Origin: an uncultured virus (IMG/VR IMGVR_UViG_3300034190_003093)
Lineage: Duplodnaviria > Heunggongvirae > Uroviricota > Caudoviricetes
Virus record (IMG/VR): IMGVR_UViG_3300034190_003093
Coordinates: 62,001 to 126,000 of that record
Reading direction: 5' to 3' (one strand)
Length of the DNA: 64,000 bases
Made by a program: the position numbers and the translations under genes. This document shows, one piece after another, positions 48,534 to 59,248 of this stretch (position 1 is its first letter; each line of letters begins with the position of its first letter). The notes under the pieces are model-generated. The model did no database searches and was not told the DNA's origin. It saw only the letters and a program-made list of their open reading frames with translations.

Positions 48534-48605
48534 AAAAGGTTGACAGTGTATATCATTTGTAGTAATATAGTAATACAGTTAGAAAACAACAAAGGACAAT
48601 AGCCC

Positions 48606-49697
48606 ATGTCAAACGCAATTGAATATCGCACCGTAACTGCTAAAGGCGCTGCTAGCGCAATCAAAGTTGCATTTAAAGTAAAACGCCCAGTGTTCCTTTG
48701 GGGACCTCCAGGCATCGGTAAATCGGACGTGGTTACCAACATTGTTGAAAATATGGATGGTGTTGTGTACGATCTACGTTTGGGACAAATGGACCCAACT
48801 GATTTGCGTGGTATGCCATTTTTCAACAAAGATTTGGGATTGATGGATTGGGCTCCACCGATTGATCTTCCCACCGAAGAAGTTGCTGCACAATATCCTG
48901 TTGTTGGATTGTTCTTAGACGAAATGAACTCAGCAGCGCCTAGCGTACAAGCCGCAGCATACCAGTTGATTCTCAATCGGCGCATTGGCAAGTATAAATT
49001 ACCCGACAATGTTGTTATTATTGCAGCAGGCAATAGAGAAAGCGACAAAGGTGTTACGTATCGTATGCCTACTCCGCTTGCTAACCGCTTTATCCACATC
49101 GAAATGCGGGCAGACTTTGAAGCTTGGATGGATTGGGCTGTTAACAATGACATCCACGAAGATGTAGTTGGTTATTTGAGCTTTGCTAAACAAGACTTGT
49201 ATGACTTTGATGCTAAAAGTGTGAGCCGTAGTTTTGCTACGCCCCGCAGCTGGAGCTTTGTTAGTGAGCTGTTAAGCGAAGATGTAGATGATGTAACAAT
49301 GACCGATTTGATTGCTGGTTCCATTGGTGAAGGTCTCGCTGTTAAGTTTATGGCGCATCGACGCATCGCAGGCAAGCTCCCCAATCCAGAAGATGTGTTG
49401 AGTGGCAAAGTTAAAACACTCGAAGTTAAAGAAGTATCGGCTATGTATAGCCTGGTTATCTCCATGTGCTACGAACTCAAGCAAGCATTAGGCGAAGTTA
49501 AAGATGCAGAGTTTCACAAGATGAGCGACAACTTCTTCCGCTACGCCATGGACAATTTTGAAACTGAATTGGTCGTTATGGGTGCTCGAATTGCACTTAC
49601 TACATACAATCTGCCGTTCCAGCCAACCAAGCTAAAGAACTTCGACGAGTTCCATCAGCGGTATGGCAAATACATTCTAGCTAGCCAAGAGCGCTAG
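48606..49697 (+). CDS. MoxR-like AAA+ ATPase
   Basis: GPPGIGKS, LFLDE, AAGN, LANRF, TPRSW. Confidence 0.9.
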   Translation: MSNAIEYRTVTAKGAASAIKVAFKVKRPVFLWGPPGIGKSDVVTNIVENMDGVVYDLRLGQMDPTDLRGMPFFNKDLGLMDWAPPIDLPTEEVAAQYPVVGLFLDEMNSAAPSVQAAAYQLILNRRIGKYKLPDNVVIIAAGNRESDKGVTYRMPTPLANRFIHIEMRADFEAWMDWAVNNDIHEDVVGYLSFAKQDLYDFDAKSVSRSFATPRSWSFVSELLSEDVDDVTMTDLIAGSIGEGLAVKFMAHRRIAGKLPNPEDVLSGKVKTLEVKEVSAMYSLVISMCYELKQALGEVKDAEFHKMSDNFFRYAMDNFETELVVMGARIALTTYNLPFQPTKLKNFDEFHQRYGKYILASQER

Positions 49698-49755
49698 GTA
49701 GAACAAGTTATGGGTGAGATCCATCTTCTAACTGTAATCAAGAAAGCATAGGGCT

Positions 49756-50058
49756 ATGCAGGGTCTCACCCATATACAAGAAATACTGGACAAAACAGAC
49801 TTATTACTAGACAGGCACCTGGAAGGATATTACCGGGTGCGTTACTGTATCAGCCCGTATAATCACGAAACTTGGATGAACTTGTTAAAAGATGTACACC
49901 GTACATTTGGCAGGCCCAGTGAGCGTTGGCAATGGAGCAACGAACTCGACTTAATACAGCGGCCTGATCATGTCGTAGGCGACGAACCTGAATCACTTAA
50001 TGTAATATTTCATTTTCGAAAAGAATCAGATGCAGTGATGTTTTCACTTAAATACTAG
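49756..50058 (+). CDS. Hypothetical protein
   Basis: C-terminal FR.E.DA.MF.LKY, resembling ORF 51025. Confidence 0.55.
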   Translation: MQGLTHIQEILDKTDLLLDRHLEGYYRVRYCISPYNHETWMNLLKDVHRTFGRPSERWQWSNELDLIQRPDHVVGDEPESLNVIFHFRKESDAVMFSLKY

Positions 50059-50059
50059 C

Positions 50060-51025
50060 ATGAAACGTCTTTTTACATTTGGATGCAGTTTTACAAATTA
50101 TGCTTGGCCTACATGGGCTGACATCGTCGGCCAAGACTATGATTACTACGAAAATTGGGGAGAAAACGGAGCAGGAAACAAACATATCCATTCTAGTTTA
50201 ATTGAATGCAACCAACGTAATAATATTACTGCTGATGATACTGTTATTATAATGTGGAGTAGTCAAGCAAGAGAAGACAGATTCCTCAACGGCAAATGGT
50301 TTACACAAGGTAGTATATACAATAGTACATATCCTGCAGAGTTTGTTGATAACTTCACGGACTTAACTGGGTATCTACTGGATACTGTTACCTATATGCA
50401 AAGTAGTTATGATTTATTAACTCAAATTGGGTGCAAACAACATTTCTTTTCAATGATGCCAATTGATCTTGATTTTAAATCAAACAAATGGATGTCAACA
50501 GTTGAAAAGATAGTGCCTGCTATATTTACAAAACAATCTCCTGTTATATCCAAACAAATATTAGAACTATATGCGCATGTAATACAGCAAGTAAAACCTA
50601 GTGTGTGGGAAACAATCTTCAACGGCGACTGGCACAGTCGGGATTACCATGCTATAGGTAATTCTAAAATACAAGAAACAGAAGAATTGGAAAGATTTGC
50701 TGAACAATATAATGCAGTAGCAGGTAGCAGCTGGCCCGCTTTTAATGATTTTGTTGACGAAAAAGACGACAATGTAGATGCCAGTGTAATGAAAGAAATT
50801 GATGAAGAATTTGATTTTTTAACCTGGCGGCATTTTATTAAAAGTGGACGGATCGATCATCATCCTACTCCAATAGAGCATTTAGAATACCTCGATTGTG
50901 TGAAATTTCCAGTGAGCAATAAAGCAAGAAGCTTTGCTGCACATTGGGAGAACCAACTAAAAACCTTGCAATTTGAAGACAAATTTGTCTGGGAAAACGC
51001 AGTTGTAAAGCGGTTTGGAGTCTAA
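50060..51025 (+). CDS. SGNH-like hypothetical protein
   Basis: FGCSFT, GAGN, DHHPT. Confidence 0.55.
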   Translation: MKRLFTFGCSFTNYAWPTWADIVGQDYDYYENWGENGAGNKHIHSSLIECNQRNNITADDTVIIMWSSQAREDRFLNGKWFTQGSIYNSTYPAEFVDNFTDLTGYLLDTVTYMQSSYDLLTQIGCKQHFFSMMPIDLDFKSNKWMSTVEKIVPAIFTKQSPVISKQILELYAHVIQQVKPSVWETIFNGDWHSRDYHAIGNSKIQETEELERFAEQYNAVAGSSWPAFNDFVDEKDDNVDASVMKEIDEEFDFLTWRHFIKSGRIDHHPTPIEHLEYLDCVKFPVSNKARSFAAHWENQLKTLQFEDKFVWENAVVKRFGV

Positions 51026-51369
51026 TGCAATATATTACCAAAAAATTAGACGGTAGATACAGTCATAAGAAGTATTTCAAATATTTCTTGGAATTTAAAA
51101 AGGAACATGAAGGTCCGTTGCAATTCCATATTGCAACAAAATGGATGATGGATGTCTACGGTTACACTGCCGAAATACGTGACTGGCAGTACATATTAGA
51201 ATCACACAAACAACAGTTACTTTGGAACTTAACTGCCGAAGATACACCGAGCATGGTAAACTACAGCTGGAGTTGGGCCAACAGTTACAACGAACGGCGC
51301 ATATACATTAAGAGTGACAAAGAACTTGCATTCTTTAAACTCAAATGGCCAATTAACTCAAGAGTATAA
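51025..51369 (+). CDS. Hypothetical protein
   Basis: C-terminal IY.K.DKEL.FF.LKW. Confidence 0.55.
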   Translation: MQYITKKLDGRYSHKKYFKYFLEFKKEHEGPLQFHIATKWMMDVYGYTAEIRDWQYILESHKQQLLWNLTAEDTPSMVNYSWSWANSYNERRIYIKSDKELAFFKLKWPINSRV

Positions 51370-51370
51370 T

Positions 51371-51607
51371 ATGAGGACCATTGACTTGCACGGCTATGTA
51401 CTACATGATGCATGGAAGAAGTTTAATGTATTTGTCCAGGACAGTTATCATGCAAGAAAAAAACAAATACGAGTAATAACTGGCCAAGGTGCTATGATGA
51501 AAGAATTTCCGAATTGGGCATCGTCTAATAGATATGTCAGAAGCTACGAACAAGTAAAATTTAATTCTGGTGCCTGGATATTACAATTAAGACAGGAAAA
51601 AAAATGA
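51371..51607 (+). CDS. Stand-alone Smr-domain protein
   Basis: IDLHG, VITGQG, NSGA. Confidence 0.8.
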   Translation: MRTIDLHGYVLHDAWKKFNVFVQDSYHARKKQIRVITGQGAMMKEFPNWASSNRYVRSYEQVKFNSGAWILQLRQEKK

Positions 51608-52707
51608 AAATTGTTGTTTCTCGGGCCGAAGGAATGAATATCTTAACCAGCTACCTAGATTTTAATCAAATTGATTACACACTAGATGATTTGTGGGACA
51701 GTGATACTAATACATATAATTTGCAACCAAGTATAACACAAGACGATTCTACATTGCTAATTGTTAGTAATACTATTTTTTATGAACTATGTACATGGGA
51801 ATCATTGAGGGCGCAACTTATTAAATTTTGTAACAATGGCAACAAAATTTGGGTGTGGTCTGACATAGATAATTTGCCTAACATGATTCTTTATTTTTCA
51901 TTGATATCTAATCTCGATTTGCATGTATTACCCGGCTCAGTTACTCTATTCCCTGACGGAAGTTTAACTAACAATCATCCAGCAAATAATCTTAATAACA
52001 TACACATTCATACATTGCCAACTAATTTTTTCCTAGGATTAGGTTTGGGATTTGCAGCAAGAATATACAAGTCTACAGTAGATAAACACAATTGCTCAAA
52101 AGATTACTTGTTAACTACTAGCAAAAAAAGAAGACGTCCTCATCGTAATGTATTATGGAAACAACTTAATGATATTCCGGGATTACTTGATTGTGGGCAT
52201 GCAAGCTATACAACCAAGTCTCAAGTATACAACACACCAAGTTGGGCCGGGCATCAATTGCCACCTACTATCCCCGGAACATCAGATTTTCACCCGTCAA
52301 TGGATTTGTATTCAGACTCATGGTTAGAAATTGTTCCAGAGACATTGTATCATAGTGGATATTTTATCACTGAAAAAACAATAAAACCATTGATCACAAA
52401 AACTCCATTTTTATTAGTAACCACTCGTTACCAATTAGAATATATGAAACAACTTGGCTTTCGGACATTCAGCGGTATCATCGACGAAAGTTATGATAAC
52501 GAGCCACGTATCGAAGATCGTGTTAGATTAATGCTGGCACAATTACAGGACATTATAAAAAATGGCACACAATCATTTTATAGTGAATGTGCGGATATAC
52601 TAGAGCACAATCAAAACACAGTATTTGAATACAAAGGGCGACAAATATACACAATGGACTTGTTTTTAACTCAACATTTTGAATTAGCTGAGAAAGAATT
52701 AGGTTGA
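51604..52707 (+). CDS. GT-B-like protein of the TEK(T/S) paralogue family
   Basis: RPHR, IVPET, FITEKTIKP, LGFRTF...IDESYD. Confidence 0.6.
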   Translation: MKIVVSRAEGMNILTSYLDFNQIDYTLDDLWDSDTNTYNLQPSITQDDSTLLIVSNTIFYELCTWESLRAQLIKFCNNGNKIWVWSDIDNLPNMILYFSLISNLDLHVLPGSVTLFPDGSLTNNHPANNLNNIHIHTLPTNFFLGLGLGFAARIYKSTVDKHNCSKDYLLTTSKKRRRPHRNVLWKQLNDIPGLLDCGHASYTTKSQVYNTPSWAGHQLPPTIPGTSDFHPSMDLYSDSWLEIVPETLYHSGYFITEKTIKPLITKTPFLLVTTRYQLEYMKQLGFRTFSGIIDESYDNEPRIEDRVRLMLAQLQDIIKNGTQSFYSECADILEHNQNTVFEYKGRQIYTMDLFLTQHFELAEKELG

Positions 52708-52755
52708 CTTTGCATGCACATGTGTTACAATGTATATAACATTTAGGAGAAAGCC

Positions 52756-54003
52756 ATGAGCACTACCACAGTAAACAAAGATGTATCTGACCAGTTCAAA
52801 GACATCTTAGGCCCAATGGATCCCAAACTAGATCGAGAAGTGCGTGAATTGCTAGTAACTGCCCGGGTGGGCATGTTGCTTCGTGCCAGCTTTTTTGGTA
52901 ACCTTGCTACACGTTTAAAATTGGTCAACGCAGACGAATGGTGTTCAACCGCTGCAACAGACGGCAGAAACTTTTATTACAACACTAAATTTATCAAAAT
53001 GCTCAAGCCCAAAGAAGTTGAATTCTTGTTTGGACATGAAGTATTGCACTGTGTGTACGACCATTTTGGTCGTCGGGGGGAGCGTGACCCGCAATTGTTC
53101 AACATTGCTGCTGATTATTGCGTAAATGCTGATCTTAAAAAACACAGAGTGGGCGAGTTTATCACCACTGTTCCGTGTTTGTACGACACCAAGTACACTG
53201 ACTGGAGTGCAGAGGAAGTATACGATGACTTGTACGAAAATGCAGAAAAAATTGATCTACAAGACTTGTTAGATAAAATGCTGGATCAACATCTTGACGG
53301 TGAAGGTGAAGGCGACGGTGATGAAAAAGGCCCAGCACAGTACAGCAAGGAAGAACGTGAACAGATTAAACAAGAAATCAAAGAAGCAATGCTGAGTGCT
53401 GCACAAACATCAGATGCAGGAAACATACCAGGTGGTGTGAAACGACTTGTTCAGCATTTAACAGAACCCAAGATGGACTGGCGTGAATTGTTGCGCATGC
53501 AATTGCAAAGCACAATTAAAAGCGATTATACATTTACACGACTGAATCGTAAAGGTTGGGATTGTGATGCTATTCTACCGGGCATGGATTACGACGAGCG
53601 CATCGATGTTGCAATTGCAATGGACATGAGTGGATCTATTGGTGCAGAGCAGGGCATGGATTTTCTAAGCGAAGTAAAAGGTATTATGGAGGAGTTTAGT
53701 AACTTCAACATTCACTTGTTTTGCTTTGACACAAATGTTTACAACCCACAAGACTTTACTGCGGACAACTTAGACGACATCGGTGACTATGAATTAATGG
53801 GCGGCGGCGGCACTGACTTTGATGCTATATTCAACTATCTTAAACAAGAAGAAATTGAACCCAAACGCTTGTTGGTGTTTACAGATGGGTACCCATGGAA
53901 CAGTTGGGGAGATTCTAATTACTGTGACACAGTTTGGATTATTCACGGTGATCCTAATCCCGACCCGCCCTTTGGAACATGGGCACTATACAATGAAGGC
54001 TGA
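52756..54003 (+). CDS. Metallopeptidase-like plus VWA domain protein (DUF2201-type), MoxR partner
   Basis: TAATDG, HEVLH, DMSGS MIDAS, GGGGTDF, FTDG; own early promoter near 52703. Confidence 0.85.
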   Translation: MSTTTVNKDVSDQFKDILGPMDPKLDREVRELLVTARVGMLLRASFFGNLATRLKLVNADEWCSTAATDGRNFYYNTKFIKMLKPKEVEFLFGHEVLHCVYDHFGRRGERDPQLFNIAADYCVNADLKKHRVGEFITTVPCLYDTKYTDWSAEEVYDDLYENAEKIDLQDLLDKMLDQHLDGEGEGDGDEKGPAQYSKEEREQIKQEIKEAMLSAAQTSDAGNIPGGVKRLVQHLTEPKMDWRELLRMQLQSTIKSDYTFTRLNRKGWDCDAILPGMDYDERIDVAIAMDMSGSIGAEQGMDFLSEVKGIMEEFSNFNIHLFCFDTNVYNPQDFTADNLDDIGDYELMGGGGTDFDAIFNYLKQEEIEPKRLLVFTDGYPWNSWGDSNYCDTVWIIHGDPNPDPPFGTWALYNEG

Positions 54004-54248
54004 TACTCCGGGATGTGAATACGAATATCAACAGCCCGAGCAAAACGGCAACGAAATCTTGGTAGATTGGGATTGGGAGGTGTCGTTGGGTGCAGAGCGT
54101 TCATGGGTAATTGATAACAAGTACGAGTGGGGCGAACCATTTGAAACACCTTACTACATGGACAGGTAATTTTACCGAAATCATGGTCAAAACACTTTAT
54201 AACAGCAGATAAACTGCGCAGTTAACGATAACAACGATAAGTATTAGT

Positions 54249-54479
54249 ATGGAAAACGAAAACGATACACCCGCAGAAGAAATTGCTTTATCAGTACAGG
54301 ATATTGCATACTGTAAGCAAATAATTGAAACAGCAAGCACTAGAGGTGCATTTCGTGCAGACGAATTGCAAGTCGTGGGATTAACATACGATAAAATATC
54401 AAGCTGGTTAGCATCAGTTACTGAAACAACAAAGCCTGACGACGAAGATGTTGCAGAGCAAGGAGAAACAAATGATTAA
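54249..54479 (+). CDS. Hypothetical late protein
   Basis: RGAFRADEL motif; TAAGTA 5 nt before ATG. Confidence 0.6.
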   Translation: MENENDTPAEEIALSVQDIAYCKQIIETASTRGAFRADELQVVGLTYDKISSWLASVTETTKPDDEDVAEQGETND

Positions 54480-55239
54480 ACATGTTGGTAAACAAGGTGA
54501 TCGCAAAGTAGCAATTATCTTTAGAGAAGTGCCCGGTGATGAGCACATGTGCCTAGTGGTATACCCAGACACATTGCAGCAAAACATGCATAACACACTA
54601 ATGGCAGCAATTGAAAGCAATGAAGCACAACAAGCTGACAGTCTAGGCGATGCGCTTGGTAGTAAAATGTTCGGTGATGGTACAGTTATCTTGCAGCGAT
54701 TACACCAAGAAGGCATGATTAAGAAAGTACAAACTGCACAAGTTATTGTTACGCCTACTCCGCAGAGCCATGTTCGGTTAGACGAAATGAACAAGATTAT
54801 CAATGAAATGAAAACCGGCGAAGATGCAGTGCGCCGTATGGCCGAACTTGATGCAAACACAGGTTATACTGGTAAAGCAAGTCGCAGAGATGACTACGGT
54901 CGCGAAGTTGGTGCACCGCAGGATATTGCCAAAGGTTCGTTGAATGAAACATCTAACCCGGGTACACGCCCTTCTCCAATGGTTGCACCAACACAAGGTG
55001 CACTTGATGATGCAAGTATTGCAAACAACCTCAAAGCCCAAGCAGACCGCATGGCAGTTGAGGCAGCTAGTTTGATTGCCGAATCACAGCGCATGCAAGC
55101 AGAAGCAGCAAGTATGCTAGGTGAACCAGCACCTAAAGCCAAAGCAAAAAGAACTACCAAGACTACTACTAACACCACTGCTGACGGCAATGCTCCCAAG
55201 AAACGTGGACGTCCGTCTAAGAAAGCATCTGTTGCTTAA
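54472..55239 (+). CDS. Hypothetical protein with basic tail
   Basis: AGGAG RBS; MIKHVG start; KKRGRP AT-hook-like end. Confidence 0.6.
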   Translation: MIKHVGKQGDRKVAIIFREVPGDEHMCLVVYPDTLQQNMHNTLMAAIESNEAQQADSLGDALGSKMFGDGTVILQRLHQEGMIKKVQTAQVIVTPTPQSHVRLDEMNKIINEMKTGEDAVRRMAELDANTGYTGKASRRDDYGREVGAPQDIAKGSLNETSNPGTRPSPMVAPTQGALDDASIANNLKAQADRMAVEAASLIAESQRMQAEAASMLGEPAPKAKAKRTTKTTTNTTADGNAPKKRGRPSKKASVA

Positions 55240-55541
55240 TGAATCTAAGCGTCACTGAAACAGAAAAATGGGACGAAGTTATAAACAGTATCGATCAGGA
55301 CATGATTCCAATTGATTGTGTTAAAAAGGTAGTGTTTAAACTTCGTGGTGGCAAGCAACGAACAATTAATCTTAGTAAATTAAGAAAACAAGGTTTACTA
55401 ATAGAAGACATCGAAGTTGTAGTTAATCGCAATATTGGTGACTTCGGTAAAGACATTGTTAACTTAATGTTTGTTATAGATGTAGCTGCCGTAGCCGAGC
55501 AAATTCAACCCCTAACTAGAAAGTATTTGGCAAATTTATGA
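55239..55541 (+). CDS. Hypothetical protein
   Basis: TAATG coupling with upstream gene. Confidence 0.55.
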   Translation: MNLSVTETEKWDEVINSIDQDMIPIDCVKKVVFKLRGGKQRTINLSKLRKQGLLIEDIEVVVNRNIGDFGKDIVNLMFVIDVAAVAEQIQPLTRKYLANL

Positions 55542-56209
55542 GTGTGAAACTTATTTCCTATTCGAAGGCAACAGAAGACTTGGTATCCGAAGGATTGGAT
55601 GACCTTCAAGACTTGATTGCATTTTGCGCTAAGGTATCAAATCCCAGTGCACAGATCAACAACGAAACAAGCGAACGTCTTCTTAACTATCTTGTTAAAC
55701 ATCAGCATTGGTCACCATTTGAGATGGTTAGTGCTTGCTTGGAAATCGAAACGACACGTGATATTGCACATCAAATTGTGCGTCATAGAAGTTTTTCATT
55801 CCAGGAGTTCAGTCAACGTTATGCTAATCCTGCAGAAATGGGAGACATGTTTGTATTGCGTGAAGCACGTTTGCAAGATACAAAGAACAGGCAGAACAGT
55901 GTAGAAGTCGACAGCGAAGAAGATATTCACTATGCCTGGGCAACTGAACAGCAAAAAGTAATTGATGCAGCCAGCGAAGCTTACAACTGGGCCATCAAAA
56001 ACGGCATTGCCAAAGAACAAGCTCGTGCAGTGCTGCCCGAGGGTAATACAAAAACAAGACTGTATATGAACGGAACTATTCGTAGTTGGATTCATTACAT
56101 TGATTTGCGTGGTGCCAATGGCACACAAAAGGAGCATATGGAAATTGCTCATGCTTGTGCAAAAGTTATTAACTATATTTTTCCAAACATTAAAAACTAC
56201 ACAGCCTAG
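55538..56209 (+). CDS. thyX: Flavin-dependent thymidylate synthase
   Basis: HWSPFE, RHRSFSFQEFSQRY, KEQAR.VLP, QKEH. Confidence 0.95.
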   Translation: MSVKLISYSKATEDLVSEGLDDLQDLIAFCAKVSNPSAQINNETSERLLNYLVKHQHWSPFEMVSACLEIETTRDIAHQIVRHRSFSFQEFSQRYANPAEMGDMFVLREARLQDTKNRQNSVEVDSEEDIHYAWATEQQKVIDAASEAYNWAIKNGIAKEQARAVLPEGNTKTRLYMNGTIRSWIHYIDLRGANGTQKEHMEIAHACAKVINYIFPNIKNYTA

Positions 56210-56250
56210 AATTAAGCAACTAATTACTAGAATATAAAAGGTAAACAAAC

Positions 56251-57300
56251 ATGGCTAAAAAGAAGCACCCAAATCAAAAGAAAAAACAAACAGAAAAAGT
56301 AGCAACCGAAGCTACATTACCTGTAGGAAGTAAAGTACTAGTAACAGGCGGCTTGGGGCTTATTGGTCACAATGTTGTCGCAAAGCTGCAATCAGTAGGA
56401 CATGAAGTACAAATCATCGATGTACTCACAACCTACAACAGCATCAACAAAGAAGAACTAGAGTACCTATACAACGAACGTATTAAAAAGATTTCTCCAG
56501 ACACCCACATTTATAAATTAGATATTTGTGATGGCAAAGTTGATGAAGTCTTTGCAAGCTTTAATCCAGATTATGTTATTCACTTGGCTAGCTTTCCAAG
56601 AGAAAAAGCAGTAAAGCACAACCCAATTGATGCAGCACACACAATGGGCGAGGGCTTGATTAACATCATGGAATGTTGTGCACGACATGGTGTTAAAAAA
56701 GTATTGTATGCTAGTTCTAGCATGGTGTATGGCGACTTCGAAGATGATGTAAACGAAGATGCAGTACTAAATCCTCAAGGTGCATATGCAATTTGGAAAG
56801 CAGCTGGCGAGCAAATCATGCGTCAGTACAAACGTGCACACAACTTAGATTATGTGATTGTTCGTCCTAGTGCAGTGTACGGTCCGTTAGATGTAGGTGA
56901 TAGAGTTATCAGCAAATTCCTTATTAGTGCAATGTCCGGTGGAACACTTCAAGTTAATGGTGCTACAGAGAAACTGGACTTTACATATGTTGATGATGCA
57001 GCTGATGGCATGATTGCTGCTACATTCAGCGAGCACGTTGGCACATACAATCTCACCAAGAGTCATAGCTGCACACTGGAAGAGGCTGCAAATCTTGCAG
57101 TTAAACTAGCTGGTAAAGGCTCAGTTAGCATGCATGCAAAAGACGACGACTTCCCAAGTCGTGGTGCACTAAACATTGATGCAGCAAGAAAAGACTTTGG
57201 ATTTGATCCAAAAGTTGATATTGATGAAGGCTTTCAAATCTATTATGATTGGCTTACAAACAGTAGTTATTGGGCCGTTAATAAAGCACAAGTTGCATGA
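56251..57300 (+). CDS. NAD-dependent epimerase/dehydratase
   Basis: TGGLGLIG, SSSMVYG, YAIWK, DFTYVDD. Confidence 0.9.
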   Translation: MAKKKHPNQKKKQTEKVATEATLPVGSKVLVTGGLGLIGHNVVAKLQSVGHEVQIIDVLTTYNSINKEELEYLYNERIKKISPDTHIYKLDICDGKVDEVFASFNPDYVIHLASFPREKAVKHNPIDAAHTMGEGLINIMECCARHGVKKVLYASSSMVYGDFEDDVNEDAVLNPQGAYAIWKAAGEQIMRQYKRAHNLDYVIVRPSAVYGPLDVGDRVISKFLISAMSGGTLQVNGATEKLDFTYVDDAADGMIAATFSEHVGTYNLTKSHSCTLEEAANLAVKLAGKGSVSMHAKDDDFPSRGALNIDAARKDFGFDPKVDIDEGFQIYYDWLTNSSYWAVNKAQVA

Positions 57301-58382
57301 AAATACCATTTACTAACTTACAAGCCCAATATCAGGATTGTAAACAAGATATCGATGCAGCAATACAACGTTGCCTCGATATCGACAGTTTTATTACAGG
57401 ACCTGATGTTACAGAATTTGAACTAAAGTTTGCAGAATACCTTGGTGCCGATGATGTAGCAAGTTGCGGTAGCGGCACTACAGGACTTTATTGTGCAATG
57501 CGGGCATTGAACATCGGACCAGGTGATGAAGTAATCACAGTGAGCCATACGTTTGTTGCTACGCCCGAAAGTATTGTTATATGTGGAGCTACTCCGGTGT
57601 TCTGCGACATTGATCCAGACACTTGGCTAGTTGATCTTGATCAGTTGGAAACACTGATTAATAAAAACACTCGTGCTGTACTATTTGTAGACATTTACGG
57701 ACAATGCCCCGACATTGAGCGAGTGCGCAGCATATGCAATCATTACAATCTTGCAATGGTAGAGGATGCTGCACAAAGTGTGGGCAACCGGTGGAACGGT
57801 CGTCCGGTGGGAAGCCTCAGTGACATTACTTGTATGAGCTTTAATCCTGTGAAAAATTTGGGTGCAGTAGGTGATGCAGGCGCAGTAAGTGGCAGCAAGC
57901 ATTACATGAATGAAGTTCGCAAGTATAGAGATCATGGTAGAACTGGTCGTTACAACATTGTAGAAGTTGGATACAATGCTAGAATTGACAACATACAAAG
58001 CAATGTTGTTATGGCTAAATTGCCCAAGCTAGATGGCTGGCTTGAGCGCAAAAGAGAAATCTGTAACTATTACACCGAACAGTTATCAAGTGTGATTAAA
58101 ACGCCTGTTACTGTAGAAGGTAACAGTCATAGCTGGTATGTGTATGTAATACAAACTGCCAATAGGGAAAGTTTAAAAGCACATCTCAATGACGCTGGCA
58201 TTGGAACAAACATTCATTATATGAGAGCTGCTCACCAACAACCAGCATTTGCACAGTGGAGCCGTAGTTTGCCAGTCACTGAGCGCACTGTAGACGAAAT
58301 ACTCAGCATACCGTGTTGGTATAGCATGACTGACAGCGAAGTTGATTATGTAGTAGACAATGTTAAAGGTTGGAAATCATGA
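57297..58382 (+). CDS. DegT/DnrJ/EryC1/StrS sugar aminotransferase
   Basis: SGT.GL, EDAAQ, SFNPVKNLGA.GDAG, GYNAR. Confidence 0.92.
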   Translation: MKIPFTNLQAQYQDCKQDIDAAIQRCLDIDSFITGPDVTEFELKFAEYLGADDVASCGSGTTGLYCAMRALNIGPGDEVITVSHTFVATPESIVICGATPVFCDIDPDTWLVDLDQLETLINKNTRAVLFVDIYGQCPDIERVRSICNHYNLAMVEDAAQSVGNRWNGRPVGSLSDITCMSFNPVKNLGAVGDAGAVSGSKHYMNEVRKYRDHGRTGRYNIVEVGYNARIDNIQSNVVMAKLPKLDGWLERKREICNYYTEQLSSVIKTPVTVEGNSHSWYVYVIQTANRESLKAHLNDAGIGTNIHYMRAAHQQPAFAQWSRSLPVTERTVDEILSIPCWYSMTDSEVDYVVDNVKGWKS

Positions 58383-59248
58383 AAATGAATTTGGTCGGAG
58401 CGGGCTACTGGGGAAGTAAACTCCTTGAAAGCTTGAAGCAGTTCGATGTTGATGCAACAGTAATTGACATACGCAACGGCCAAACCATCAATGACATCAA
58501 CAACAGTGATCCAGTTATACTAGCAACACCATTGTGGCAGCACCACGAGCAAACAGTTGAGCTGGTTAAACGTGGGCACGATGTGTATGTCGAAAAGCCA
58601 ATGGCCGAAACTGCTGAACAAATTGAAGACATTGCCAGCCATCTTAAAGATGATCAATTGATAATGGTAGGTCACATATTCCTGCACCATCCTCAAATAC
58701 ATTTGATTAAAAGCATGCTGGATAACGGCGACATTGGCGACTTGACTTATATTCGCAGTGAAAGATCAAATTGGGGAATTTATCAGACTAAAACAGATCC
58801 AGTGCTGAGTTTAGCAACACATGATATCAGCATTGTGAATTATTTCCAAGGCCCAATGACTGTAACCAATGCACAAAGTTGGAACTACAGTAATAATGTA
58901 GTACCTGACAGAGTTTGGTTTAGTGGCACACCCGGTTACGATATTGATGTCAGCTGGTATAGTCCAGTGCGTATTCGTCGCACTGTGTTGCTAGGAACCA
59001 AAGGACAAATTGTTTGGGACCAAGATGCTAACACTGTTACTGTTAGCAAACACAGTATAGAAGATCGCAGAAGTATAACCGATGCTTCCCCTAAAGTATA
59101 TGAATACGATTACGAATATTCGCCCTTGGAATACGAATTAAAGCATTGGGTAGATTGTGTTGTTAATCGTACTACACCAAGCACAGGCATACGCAATGCA
59201 TTAGAAGTTGCTAATGTTATTGATTCCCTTAAAGGGATCCGTACTTAG
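58379..59248 (+). CDS. Gfo/Idh/MocA oxidoreductase
   Basis: GAGYWG, ATP...H, VEKPMA, HD. Confidence 0.88.
   Translation: MKMNLVGAGYWGSKLLESLKQFDVDATVIDIRNGQTINDINNSDPVILATPLWQHHEQTVELVKRGHDVYVEKPMAETAEQIEDIASHLKDDQLIMVGHIFLHHPQIHLIKSMLDNGDIGDLTYIRSERSNWGIYQTKTDPVLSLATHDISIVNYFQGPMTVTNAQSWNYSNNVVPDRVWFSGTPGYDIDVSWYSPVRIRRTVLLGTKGQIVWDQDANTVTVSKHSIEDRRSITDASPKVYEYDYEYSPLEYELKHWVDCVVNRTTPSTGIRNALEVANVIDSLKGIRT

Noticed and set aside
48461..49153. 230-aa minus-strand ORF
   Set aside because: Antisense to the well-supported MoxR ATPase
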